Source of the DNA: Chiloscyllium plagiosum
Lineage: Eukaryota
Length of the DNA stretch: 64,000 bases
Reading direction: 5' to 3'
Assembly (NCBI RefSeq): GCF_004010195.1
Contig: NC_057749.1
Location: 12,392,591 to 12,456,590 of the forward strand
The notes below the pieces were generated by a model. It did no database searches. It was not told where the DNA came from and was given only the letters and a program-made list of their open reading frames with translations. Of this stretch, positions 51,017 to 63,400 are shown one piece after another. Position 1 is the stretch's first letter. Each line of letters begins with the position of its first letter. The position numbers and the translations under genes were made by a program.

Positions 51017-53952
51017 GCTGGAGGATTCTGGGTAATCCAAGATGGAGGACGGGAAAAATTTCTGGCTGTAACAGCTGCTCCTTTTTTGAGGTATTTTAGG
51101 TGCTGGATGTGATTTCCTTGATTTCCTTGAATTCCAGTAAACAGCAATTACTGTTTTGTATACCGTTGCATTGTTTTGGAACTTTGGATAAAAAAGTAAA
51201 ATCAACAGTTTTAAAAGGGAGAAGTACAGACAAAGGAAGCACATGGTGAAGTCAGTGCAGGAGAGAGAGAAAGAAAGAAACTGACACTGCCTTTGCTGTT
51301 TGAATTCATGGATCGCTGGACATTGGAGTGCATCCGGGAAAATTAACAAACAGTGAAATTCACAACTGATCTTGGAGGAACTGTTGGGTGAAGTTCACAA
51401 CACAGAAGCAGATAAGTGTATTGTTGTTTTAAGTGTGATCTGCAGTAGTGAGTAGAGTGGGTTCTTTCTTGATTATATGTTTTTGGAGATATATCTCTTG
51501 ATAAAATATAATCCACAACTATTAATTTAACCTGGGGCAGAGTTTGTAGAGGAATAAGACGGTGTTGTTTTCTGGGTCTGTAGATTGTGAAGAAGCAAAA
51601 TGGCCTTTAGTAGAGTGAAATGTGCTTCTTGTCAGATGTGGGAGTTTAAGATACAGCGGATTATATCTGCCATAAATGCTGTTGGTTGCGAATCTTATCA
51701 GATCGAATGGATTGATTGGAGAGACAGTTAGAAGCAATGAGAAATTTGCTGCAACAACAACAGTATGTGATGGATGGCAGTTATAGGAATGGGGGAAAGT
51801 CTCAGATTCAGTCACATAGATGGGTTAACTCCAGGAGAGGTAAGAGAGGTAGGCAGCTAGTGCAGGAGTCTTCGGTGGCTATACCCATTTCAAACAATTA
51901 TGCTGTTTTGGAAAATGTAGTGGGGGTGGTGGAGATGGATTCTCAGGGGAACGTAGCACGAACAGCCAAGTTTCTGGTGTTGATACTGGCTCTAATGCAA
52001 CAAGGGGTACATCGGGTTCCAAGAGATCAATTGTGTTTGGTGATTCTCTAGTCCGAGGTATAGACAGACATTTCTGTGGCCAGCAGCGAAAAAGCAGAAT
52101 GGTGTGTTGCTTCCCTGGTGCCAGGATCAAGGATGTCTCAGAGAGGGTGCAGAATGTTCTCACGGAGGAGAGGGGCCAGCAGGAGGTCATTGTACACATT
52201 GGAACCAACAACATTGGAAGGGAAAAGGTTGAGACTTTGAAGGGAGATTACAGAGAGTTAGGCAGAAATTTAAAAAGGAGGTCCTCAAGGGTAGTAATAT
52301 CTGGATTACTCCTGGTGCTACGAGCCAGTGAGGGCAGGAATAGGAGGATGAATGCATGGCTGAGGAGCTGGTGTATGGGAGAAGGATTAACCTTTTTTAG
52401 ATCATTGGAATCTCTTTTGGGGTAGACGTAACCTGTACAAGAAAGACGGATTGCACCTAAATTGGAAGGGGACTAATATACTGGCAGGGAAATTTGCTGG
52501 AGCTGCTCGGGAGGATTTAAACTAGTAAGGTGGTGGGGGGGGACCCAGGGAGATAGTGAGGAAAGAGATCGATCTGAGACTGATACAGTTGAGAACAGAA
52601 GTGAGTCAAACAGTCAGGGCAGGCAGGAACAAGGTAGGACTAATAAATTAAACTACATTTATTTCCATGCAAGGGGCCTAACAGGGCAGATGAACTCAGC
52701 GTATGGTTAGGAACATGGGACTGGGATATCATAGCAATTACAGAAACATGGCTCAGGGATGGGCAGGACTGACAGCTTAATGTTCCAGGATACAACTGCT
52801 ATAGAAAGGATAGAAAGGGAGGCAAGAGAGGAGGGGGAGTGGCATTTTTGCTAAGGGATAGCATTATAGCTGTGCTCAGGGAGGACATTCCTGGAAATAC
52901 ATCGAGGGAAATTATTTGGGTAGAAGTGAGAAATAAGAAAGGGATGATCACATAATTGGGATTGTATTATAGACCCCCTAACAGTCAGAGGGAAATTGAG
53001 AAACAAACCTGTTAGGAGATCTCCGCTATCTGTAAGAATAATAGGGTAGTAATGGTAGGGGATCTTAACTTTCCAAACATCGACTGGGACTGCCATAAGT
53101 GTTAAAGATTTTGATGGAGAGGAATTTGTTAAGTGTGTATAAGAAAAATTTCTTATTCAGTATGTGGATGTACCTACTAGAGAAGGTGCAAAACTTGACC
53201 TCCTCTTGGGAAATAAGGCAGGGCAGGTGACTGAGGTGTCAGTGGGGGAGCACTTTGGGGCCAGCCACCATAATTTTATTAGATTTAAAATAGTGATGGA
53301 AAAGGATAAACCAGATCTAGAAGTTGAAGTTCTAAATTGGAGACAGGCCAATTTTGACGGTATTAGGCAAGAACTTTCGAAAGCTGCTTGGGGGCAGATG
53401 TTGGCAGGTAAAGGGACGGCTGGAAAATGGGAAGCCTTCAGAAATGAGATAACAAGAATCCAGAGAAAGTATATTCCTGTCAGGGTGAAAGGAAAGGCTG
53501 GTAGGTATCGGGAATGCTGGATGACTAAAGAAATTGAGAGTTGGTTAAGAAAAAGAAGGGAGCATATGTAAGGTATAGCCAGGATGGATCGAGTGACTTC
53601 TTAGGAGAGTATAAAGGCAGTAGGAGTATACTTAAGAGGGAAATCAGGAGGGCAAAAAGGGGACATGAGATAGCTTTGGCAAATAGAATTAAGGAGAATC
53701 CAAAAGGTTTTTACAAATACGCTAAGGACAAAGGGGTAACTAGGGAGAAAATTGGGCCCCTCGAACATCAGCAAGGCGGCCTTTGTGTGGAGCCACAGAA
53801 AATGTGGGAGATACTAAACGAGTATTTTGCATCAGTATTTACTGTGGAAACGGATATGGAAGATATAGACTGGAGGGAAATAGATGGTGGCACCTTGCAA
53901 TATGTCCAAATTACAGACGAGGAAGTGCTGGATGTCTCGAAATGCATAAAGG
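51017..53952 (+). mobile_element. Near full-length CR1 LINE 5' part: 5' UTR, ORF1 (~51600-52525; Cys motif plus SGNH esterase) and ORF2 APE endonuclease, frameshifted
   Basis: ATG at 51600 gives MAFSRVKCASCQMWEF; GDSLVRG, VHIGTNNIG and DGLHLN esterase blocks; IAITETW, YYRPP, GDLNFP and PTREGAKLDLLLGN endonuclease motifs. Confidence 0.92.
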
Positions 53953-54342
53953 TTCAAAGTTTGGGAGAAGAATTGTAACTCGGGTGCTCGTTGTTGTGGT
54001 TCTGGTCGCCAAGCTGGGAATTTGTGTTGCAGATGTTTCGTCCCCTGTCTAGGTGACATCCTCAGTGCTTGTGAGCCTCCTGTGAAGCGCTTCTGTGATC
54101 TTTCCTCCGGCATTTGTAGTGTTTTGAATCTGCTACTTCCGGTTGTCAGTTCCAGCTGTCCGCTGCAGTGGCCGGTATATTGTGTCCAGATCGATGTGCT
54201 TGTTGATTGAATCAGTGGATGAGTGCCATGCCTCTAGGAATTCCCTGGCTGTTCTCTGTTTGGCTTGTCCTGTAATAATAGTGTTGTCCCAGTCGAACTC
54301 ATGTTGCTTGTCATCTGAGTGTGTGGCTACTAAGGATAGCTG
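53953..54342 (-). mobile_element. Penelope-like element 3' end: GIY-YIG endonuclease C-terminus plus terminal repeat with hammerhead motif, inserted in CR1 ORF2 and running into the gap
   Basis: QLSLVATHSDDKQHEFDWDNTIITGQAKQRTAREFLEAWHSSTDSINKHIDL (H..H.FDW, R...E, IN pattern of PLE GIY-YIG). Hammerhead motif at 54029-54068. Confidence 0.88.
54029..54068 (-). ncRNA. Minimal type I hammerhead ribozyme motif (PLE-type, probably decayed)
   Basis: Minus strand GCA-CUGAGGA-U-GUCACC-UAGACA-GGGGAC-GAAAC-AUC-UGC. Confidence 0.7.
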
Positions 54343-54999
54343 NNNNNNNNNNNNNNNNNNNNNNNNNNNNNNNNNNNNNNNNNNNNNNNNNNNNNNNNNN
54401 NNNNNNNNNNNNNNNNNNNNNNNNNNNNNNNNNNNNNNNNNNNNNNNNNNNNNNNNNNNNNNNNNNNNNNNNNNNNNNNNNNNNNNNNNNNNNNNNNNNN
54501 NNNNNNNNNNNNNNNNNNNNNNNNNNNNNNNNNNNNNNNNNNNNNNNNNNNNNNNNNNNNNNNNNNNNNNNNNNNNNNNNNNNNNNNNNNNNNNNNNNNN
54601 NNNNNNNNNNNNNNNNNNNNNNNNNNNNNNNNNNNNNNNNNNNNNNNNNNNNNNNNNNNNNNNNNNNNNNNNNNNNNNNNNNNNNNNNNNNNNNNNNNNN
54701 NNNNNNNNNNNNNNNNNNNNNNNNNNNNNNNNNNNNNNNNNNNNNNNNNNNNNNNNNNNNNNNNNNNNNNNNNNNNNNNNNNNNNNNNNNNNNNNNNNNN
54801 NNNNNNNNNNNNNNNNNNNNNNNNNNNNNNNNNNNNNNNNNNNNNNNNNNNNNNNNNNNNNNNNNNNNNNNNNNNNNNNNNNNNNNNNNNNNNNNNNNNN
54901 NNNNNNNNNNNNNNNNNNNNNNNNNNNNNNNNNNNNNNNNNNNNNNNNNNNNNNNNNNNNNNNNNNNNNNNNNNNNNNNNNNNNNNNNNNNNNNNNNNN

Positions 55000-55427
55000 A
55001 ATAGGCTGGGGCTGTTTTCCCTGGAGTGTCGGAGGCTGAGGGGTGACCTTATAGAGGTTTACAAAATTATGAGGGGCTTGGATAGGGTAAATAGACAAAG
55101 TCTTTTCCCTGGAGTGGGGGAGTCCAGAACTAGAGGGCATAGGTTTCGGGTGAGAGGGGAAAGATATAAAAGAGACCTAAGGAGCAACCTTTTCACGCAG
55201 AGGGTGGTACGTGTATGGAATGAGCTGCCAGAGGAAGTGGTGGAGTCTGGTACAATTGCAACATTTAAGAGGCATTTGGATGCGTATATGAATAGGAGGG
55301 GTTTCGAGGGATATGGGCAGGGTGCTGGCAGGTGTGACTAGATTGGGTTGGGATATCTGGTCAGCATGGACAGGTTGGACTGAAGGGTCTGTTTCCATGC
55401 TATACATCTCCATGACTATGACTCTAT
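55000..55427 (+). mobile_element. CR1 LINE 3' end (possibly of the element starting at 51017)
   Basis: RLGLFSLE...LFTQRVVRVWNELP; catgactatgactcta tail. Confidence 0.93.
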
Positions 55428-56769
55428 CTACCTCCCCAGTCACTGACTCGATCTGAACCAATCATTTCATTACTAAGGTGTGTTAAGTGTCCCTAAGTTG
55501 ACTTTCCCGACTGGACAAATGCTCCATTTTCAAATCCAGCTGGGTCTAACTCTACAAGATTACCTGGTTTTGCCTCTGCTTTATTTGCATTTTAAAAAAT
55601 TCATTCTGAGGATCTGGAAGATGCTGGCTAGACCAGCATTTATTATCTAGCTGTAATTATTTTGGAGAATGTGGTATTGACAATATTTGGCATCAATGGA
55701 CAACTAAGAGTCATCCATGTTGTTGTAGATGTGGAATCATGTGTAGGCCATACAGGGTAAAAAGATGGCAAATTTCCTTCCCTCAAGGCCATAGTTAAAT
55801 CAGCTGGGCTTTTATGACTACCTGTTATTTTACATCATCTTTTTCAGTTGTACTTGACGTACTGGGTCCAATTCACAAATTTGAATTTGTACCTCCAGAT
55901 TATTGCCTAACCTTTTGTGTTCCTGTTCATTCCACTGCTATGATACAGCCTTCCCATGCTGAGATCCTCCAAGCTATTGTTCATTCTAGACAAAGTTATT
56001 CTAGTACTCTGTTGTTTGGCCTCACATCTACCATCTATAAACTTTAAGTCATCCAAAACTCTGCCAATTTTACATCAATTCACTGCAAACCACATTTGGA
56101 ACTATTTTGCTGTTCCTTCATTATCATTGGATCAAAATGCTGGAACTCTGTCCCTAACAGCAACATGGGTGTCCTGCACCACCTGCTCAAGGGCCGTTCA
56201 GAATACACAATAAATGCTGACCCAGCCAGAGACACCCACATCCTCTGAAAGAATTTTTTAAAAACTAAGCCCAGTTAGTCCATGCCTTTTGTATTTGCTG
56301 ACCTATCTCAGCTCCTGTTCTCAACATAACTTGACTTTATAATTTTTTTTGCATTTAAAGCCCTTCATAGCTTACCGTTTATCTCACTTATCCTGTGACT
56401 TACTGGGATCTTTCCAGCTCTTTCTATTCCCAATGGAACTATCTTTTCTCTATGTTGCTGTCATTCAGAAGCTGCTCTGTGCTTTCCTGCAGTTTGCTTA
56501 ACAAATATTTCCCACCTAATGGTCTAGTTTCTCTGTCATTCATTTGGGGGCAGAGTTGGGATTATTCCCTTGTAGTTCCTCTAATGTGATCAGACAAACA
56601 CAGACTATCCGCTTTTTAGTTCCTTGTTAGCTTTACATCATTTGCAGGAAAATTGTTAGTGTCTATTATAAAAGATGTAACAACAGAGCACTTGGAAGAT
56701 AGTGACAAGATAAGACAGTCAGCATAGATTTATGAAGGGGAGGTTGTACTTAACAAATCTGCTGGAGTA

Positions 56770-56898
56770 CTGCTCCTTCATCAGGCGGTTGCGCTCTGAA
56801 AGCTAGTGCTTCCAAATAAACCTGTTGGACTATTTCCTGGTGTTGTGTGGTTTTTAACTTTGTCTATGCCAGTCTAATACTGGCAACTCCAAATCATG
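56770..56898 (+). mobile_element. Penelope-derived fold-back fragment (37989 subfamily)
   Basis: ctgctccttcatcaggcggttgcgctctgaaagctagtgcttccaaataaacctgttggacta. Confidence 0.8.
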
Positions 56899-57560
56899 AA
56901 AAGAAAAAAGTGTGTTATATACAGGGGCAAATGTAACTTGGAGTGTGGAGTTCTGCCAAACACTTTTGTTGTGTTTCAATACCTGTGATATTAGTTAAGG
57001 AATAGTGGATGTTGCTTATTCACAGTGCTGGGAAATACCAACTGTGGAAAATGCTGAAATTCAGGACACACTCCTTCATTCACACTGTAGGTCAGTAGGA
57101 GGAAACCGGTTTGATGGAATAAGTTTATTTGCAAATTGTTAACCTTAATCTTGATTCATTTCTGTGACCGACCCCTCTTTATCTGTTCTCCATTATACAG
57201 CTCTATTATTCCATATTTTTAAATCTCTGATGCACTTATCTCTTTTTGTCTCTATTATGTGTTTATGTCTCACTTCCTTATATTTCATGTTTCTATTTAA
57301 TTCACTGCTTCTCTGTACCAGCTTTCTTTATTTCTGTAGTCCATTTGTTTCTTTCTGCTTTATGCTTTTCTATCCCTTCTTGTGGTCTACCCTTTCTCTC
57401 AGGCAGTTTCTCAAAATTAAGGACAACGTGCTTCCACTCTAGTTCAATAGGTTCTGAGCTGCCTGATGAATCCAACATATAACCTTCAAACTGTACATTA
57501 TTCAGGCCAGGTAATGCTTCAGAGTTTGGGATAGAAGGGTTGTCTGGTGGTTTTGAGATA

Positions 57561-57700
57561 GTGAGGACTGCAGATGATGGAACGTCAGAGTTGATAAAGT
57601 GTAGAGATGGATAAAGCACAGGAAGTCAAGCAGCCTCAGAGGAGCAGGACTGATGAAAGGTTCAGATCTGAAATGTCGTCTCTCCTGCTTCCTCTTTGAT
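57561..57700. mobile_element. Decayed Penelope-derived fold-back fragment
   Basis: gtgaggactgcagatg...gaggagcagga-ctgatgaaaggttcagatctgaaatgtcg...tcctgcttcctc. Confidence 0.65.
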
Positions 57701-57739
57701 GGTTTGCAAACTTGTTCTGTTGCCTTGATTTTGCATTTG

Positions 57740-58060
57740 TCCATTCCTGACAATGTCTGTTATGTGTTCTGAGATTTCCCTCTTTTGGTCAGTGGAGTCT
57801 TGCATACACACAACTTGTCCTGTCCAGTGGAGCTGATTTTGAGTGATTAGCACCTCAGTAATGGTCTGGTCTCTGCCCAGTGCTCTGGCTTTCTGCTCCA
57901 TTTGCCCCTCTCTTGTCTTGTGACTACTTCAGTTTCTGGCTAGTTCCTCTCAATTTCACTGCTTCCCATTGTTATAAAGTCTTCAGTGTTGCAATCACAC
58001 AGCTTCAGTAAGTCTGTATAGCAGTAGGTACCTAAAGACAGGCTGCTCAGTGCCTTGTGT
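57740..58060 (-). mobile_element. Degenerate RTE-clade LINE fragment
   Basis: Minus ORF EVLITQNQLHWTGQVVCMQD resembles the RTE motif QLRWAGHVVRM. Confidence 0.6.
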
Positions 58061-58689
58061 TCTACATTCTAATTATAAGTATACTCAGTAACCTTTGTTC
58101 TGTGGAAGTGTTGGCTCCCAAGGGCTTCTTGTAAGAGTGGAGTGATTTTAATTGTCATCAAGTACAATGACCTCAAGTTGGAAAATGTGGTCAGGGTAAG
58201 AAAGTATTAGTTCATTGGTTGTAATGCAGTGAACTCTTCATTAGGGAGCTGATCAAGGACAATTAGCCCTAACTGAGTTAATCAGTTCTTGAAATGTTAA
58301 TGAGATGATGTATATGTGAGCATGTGAGACCATCCTTTCTCCCCCGCCCTCACTGAATGTGAATTTTAATCATTGCTGGTGGGTTATAATGCCATACCCT
58401 CATGTGCATTGTATTAGACCCAGCTGGAACATTCTGGAGAGTTAGTGATCACTGTCTGAGCTTGCACAGACAGAATAAGACACCACAGTAAAAGTCTGTC
58501 GATGCCTGTGGAGCCATACCTCAGCAAAGTGTCAGTATGTTCACGAGAGGTGAAATCTGATTTCAAAGGTGATGCTGAGGACTGAGTGAATGAAAGGTCT
58601 GGGCTAACAGATAACCAAGATGTACAGTCAATAACGAAGGAAAGTGTTTAGCCCTTCACTTTTGTTGCTCAGACCTTTGAGTAAAAGAG

Positions 58690-59202
58690 TTTGTTCATCA
58701 TGTTGAGGTTGGTCAGGAGGGTATATTGTTAAGCTGCAGAAGGTTCAGAAGAGATTTACCAAGATGTTGCCTGCATTAGAGGGTTTGAGTAAAAAAAAGT
58801 AGGCTGGATAAATTGGAACTTTTTTCGCTGGAGAGTAGGAGGCTGAAGGGTGACCTTTATAGATGTTTATACAATCATGAAGGACAAAGGTACGGTGAAC
58901 AGCAACGCTCTTTTTCTTAGGATGGGGGACTGTAAAACAATGGGGCATATTTTCAATGTGAGAGAAAAATTTAAAAAGGACGTGAAGGGCAATATTTTTA
59001 TGCTGAAATGAACTGCCAGAGAGTGGTGGATGCAGGTACAGTTACAACATTTATAAGACATTTGGGTAATTACATGAATAGGAAAGGTCTGGAGAGATAT
59101 GGACCAAATGCAGGCAGATGGGACTAGTTTAGTTTGAGAAGGTGGTTGGTGAGGGCGAGCTGGACCAAAAAGAGTCTGTTTCTGTTTTGTATAACTCTAT
59201 GA
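58690..59202 (+). mobile_element. Old CR1 3' fragment
   Basis: ggttcagaagagatttaccaagatgttgcc...ggtgacctttatagatgtttat...actctatga tail. Confidence 0.85.
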
Positions 59203-60499
59203 TTGATTCAAGTCAACCAGAGAAATCTTGAGAGCATTTCTGCTCATTGAGGTGAGTTTAGCTTTGAGGTACAGATAGCAGTATTGATTGGGACAGGAAA
59301 TGGTATAAGACATCTTATGCAAGGAAACTGGAGGACTATATCAAGGGCTGTCAGGAGTGATCTTTTCAGAAGCTTGTCACAGTTTGATAGAAATAATGTG
59401 AGCATGTGCAACTCTTTTCAAATCAAACCACCTCCAAGTATTGTTTAAGAGAACCTATTGCCATCACTAGGAGATATTGCAATAATTTAATTCATATATC
59501 TGTACCTTCTGTTTTAATAAAAATCCTCACATCATCCAGCTTGAAGAGCTCATTGAGTCTGAGTAAGAGGCAGTTGCAGTGGTATCAGACAAGACGCACT
59601 CGGTACAAGCTAGGAGGTGTTACTGGGTGAAACCCTGCAAGAGGATTACTTAGCTGCATCTGTATTTTGAATTCAGTTTGCTTATACTGTTGGGTTAAGT
59701 GACTCCTCCAAGTCAATATATTGCATTACTAAAGTTACTCTCTGGACAGCATATCCACCATGCTATTTACATTATCGGGTCTTCTCTAACAAAATAATTG
59801 AACTCCTTCAATGCTGCTGTCTGAGTCGGTATCTGGGAGTAAGGGCAGCCCATATTGAATATGAAGTCCAGGAAAGACTTCCCATATGAAATTTGAACTT
59901 TGTGCTGACATGCTCTTGTTTAAGCCAATTTCATTTTAATATGGGCATTGATATTTTTGTGTGGGGAGGCAAATGTGGGAGCAGTATTAATTGGGCTAGG
60001 AAAAGGAAAAAAGGCCCTCAAACATTTCAACGAGCTTCAGGTACAGTGAGGTACTTTTAAATGGAGCTGACACTATAATCTTGGCAAATGCATCATCCAT
60101 TTTATGTACCATAACATTCCACCGATTGTAGTTTAGTTTTGTTTAGTGAGGGAAGGATTATTGACTAAGAGACTGGGGATGCTGTACCGGTAGTACCATG
60201 AGATCGTCAATATCCTCTGAACAAGAATGTGGGAGCCTCAGAACAACTTCTAATTATGTGCTAACAAATTAGAAGTTTACAAGACAGTGAGAGAGAGACT
60301 TGTACATCATCCTGATTCCTTCCAACAAACTTGTACATTATCTCCACGTACAATCTCCTGTAGTATAGTGCCTTTGTTCCTCCCTTTTTAAACCTCCGGC
60401 TTGAGATACCTATTCAAGGTGATGCAGTGGCAACCCACTGACGGTCCCCAGTTCATTGAATAAACCCCAGTAATGCTACCGTGTGATAATTAGTTTCAG

Positions 60500-63400
60500 T
60501 GACCATAGACATTGTAGTTGTACCCACGTTCACCACCTTTTCAGGAGATTCTTTCCACACTGTGTAAAAAAAACAAAGTCTCATGTATTTTAAAATCTCT
60601 CTCCTCTCACTTTTAAAAAAAAATGTTGCCTAGTCATGAAATTCCCCATCCTAGGAAAAAAGACAACTACCAATAATTCTATCTATAACTCTAATTATTT
60701 TATAAACTTACATAAGATCCTCTCTCAACCTCCTATGCTCCAGTGGAAAGAGTCCCAAGCTATCCAGCTTTTCTCTGTAACTCAAACCTTGCATACCTGG
60801 AAACATCCTGGTGAATCTCTTCTGAATCCTCTCCTGATTGATAATTTCCTTATAACTGGATGACCAGAACTAGACACCGTACTCCAGAAGAGGCCTCACC
60901 AATGTCCTGTACAACCTCAACATGACGTCCCAACCCAGAGGTGGGGGACCTTTTCATGTTGGAAGGCCGCATTATGTTAGTTGTAATCTAATAAGGCTGC
61001 ATCCAAGAAACTTCAATTATATATTCTTCAAAATTCACATTATTTTGTAAAAATCTAACTACTATGTACTAACTAACAAAAAATGAAAACAAAAGTTAAT
61101 TCTAAAGTGAACTAACCTTTTAATGACTTTGTTGTGACTGCTTTTTGAAGGAAAGCATTTGAGTATTTGGTTGCAGCATGGAGGTCTGCAGTTTTAGCTG
61201 ATCCTCTAGATGGGTATCCGTCATTTGTGACCTTAAGGGCGTCTTTATTTTGGTTAAGTAGGAGAATGTAGATTCGCAGCAATAAGTGGTTGAAAAGCAA
61301 GAAAACATTTTTTGTGCATGTTGCCGAAGGCATGGGTATTCTATTTCATTTTTCCATATTTCAATCTGATCTTTCTTAGCATCAAAATAAGGACTTTAAA
61401 ATGTCATCTTCTGAGAGCTCAATCAATTCCATCTGTAGTTCTTTAGGAGCCTTATGACTTACCAATTTTTTAATTGTGGCGGTCAGTCTGTGAGGATTAT
61501 TCGTTGAATTTTCTTTTACTCTCTGGTATTTTAAATACATTCATTTTAAGATTAAAATAAAAATAATAAAGGACAAAAAAACATATTAATAAAAAATAAA
61601 AGATTTGTTCTGCAAAATTTGGATTCATTCAAAAGGCCACACACAATGGCCTAGAAGGCCACAGGTTCCCTACCCCTGTCCCAACTCCTTTATTCAAAGG
61701 ACTGAGCAGTGAAGGCAAGCTTGCCAAATGCCTTTTTAACCACCCTGTTTGTGTGACACAAACTTTAAAGAATTATGTACATGCACCCCTAGGTCCCTCT
61801 GTACTATAACACTACCCAAGGGCTTACCTTTAATTATATAAGCTCTACCCTTGTCTTAAAATGCAATAACTTGCATTTATCCAGATTGAACTCCATCTGC
61901 CATTTTTCAGCCCATTGACCCATTTGATCAAGATCCTTTTGTAATCTTAGAAAACCTTCACTGTCTACTATACCACCAATTTTGGTGTCGTCCACAAACT
62001 TACTAACCATGCCTTCTATATTCATATCCAGATCAGTTATATAACTGACAAACGAAAGAGAATCCAGGGCTGATCTCTGTGGAACACCACTGATCACATG
62101 CCTTCAGTCCGAAAAACAACCTTCCACCATTACTCTGTCTCCTGCCGTTAAGCCAACTATGGAAGCAATTGGCAAGCTCGTCCTGAATCTCATGTGACCT
62201 AACTTTACTAATCAGTCTACCAGGCGGAACTTTGTCAAAGGCTTTACTAAAATCCAAATAAACAACGTCTACTGCTCTGCCATCATCAATCTTTTTGCTA
62301 ACTTCCTCAAAAGAACTCAATCAAGTTTGTGAGACATGATTTTCCTTGCACAAAACCATGCTGACTATCCTTAATCAATTTTTGCCTCTCTAAATATCCA
62401 TAAATCCTATCTTTTATAATTACCTCCAACAATTTACTCACATGTCTATAGTTCCCCGGTTTCTCCTTACAACCTTTTCTTAAACAGAGCTGCAACATTA
62501 GCAACCCTCCAGTCATCAGGCACTTCACCTGTACTTGTAGATGATGCAAATATTTCAGCAAGGGGTCTCGTAATTTCCTGTCTTATTTGCTAAAACTTTC
62601 TGGGATACATTAGATCAGGTCCTGGAGATTTATCCACCTTTATATTCTCGAAGACTTCCTAAATTTCCTCTTCTGTAGTGTGAACTGTTTTTAAAACATC
62701 AACATTTATTTGTGTGCATTTTCTAGACTCTGTTTCTTTATCCACAGTAAAAATTGACAGGAAATATTCATTTAGTATCTCCCATCTATTGGGTTCAACA
62801 CAAAGATGATCGCCTTGATCGTTAAGAGGCCCTACTCTCTCCCTACTTACCCTCTTGCTCTTAATGTATTTGTAGAATTTCTTTGGATTATCCTTAACCT
62901 TATCTGCCAATGCTATCTCATGTCCCCTCTTTGCCTTCCTGATTTCTCTCTTAAGGATGACCCTATCTTGTTTATATTGATTAAGAGATTCAGTTGAACC
63001 AAGTTGTCTATATATAAAATAAGATTCTCTTTTATTCTTGATTGGAACCTCAATATCTATATTCATCCATTTTTCCTTAGTCTTAGCAGCCTCACCCTTC
63101 ACTCTAAGGAACTCTCATCATCACATTCTTAAACACCTTCCACTTGTCAGACATCCTTTTACCTGTGAACAGTCTACTCCAATCAACTTTTGAAAGTTCT
63201 TGTCTCATATCATTAAAATTTGCCTTAGTCCAATTAAAAGCTTTAACTTTTATGGAAGGCTTATCCTTTTCCATAACTATTTTGAAACTAATAGAACCAT
63301 GATTGCTAGACCCAAAGCGTTCCCCCATTTTTAACTTCAGTCACCTGCCCTGCCTTATTGCCCAAAAGAAGGTCTAATTTTGCTCCTTCTCGAGAAGGAG

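Noticed and set aside
57164..57482. Hydrophobic, membrane-protein-like ORFs
   Set aside because: Result of T/C-rich low-complexity sequence; no splice or homology support.
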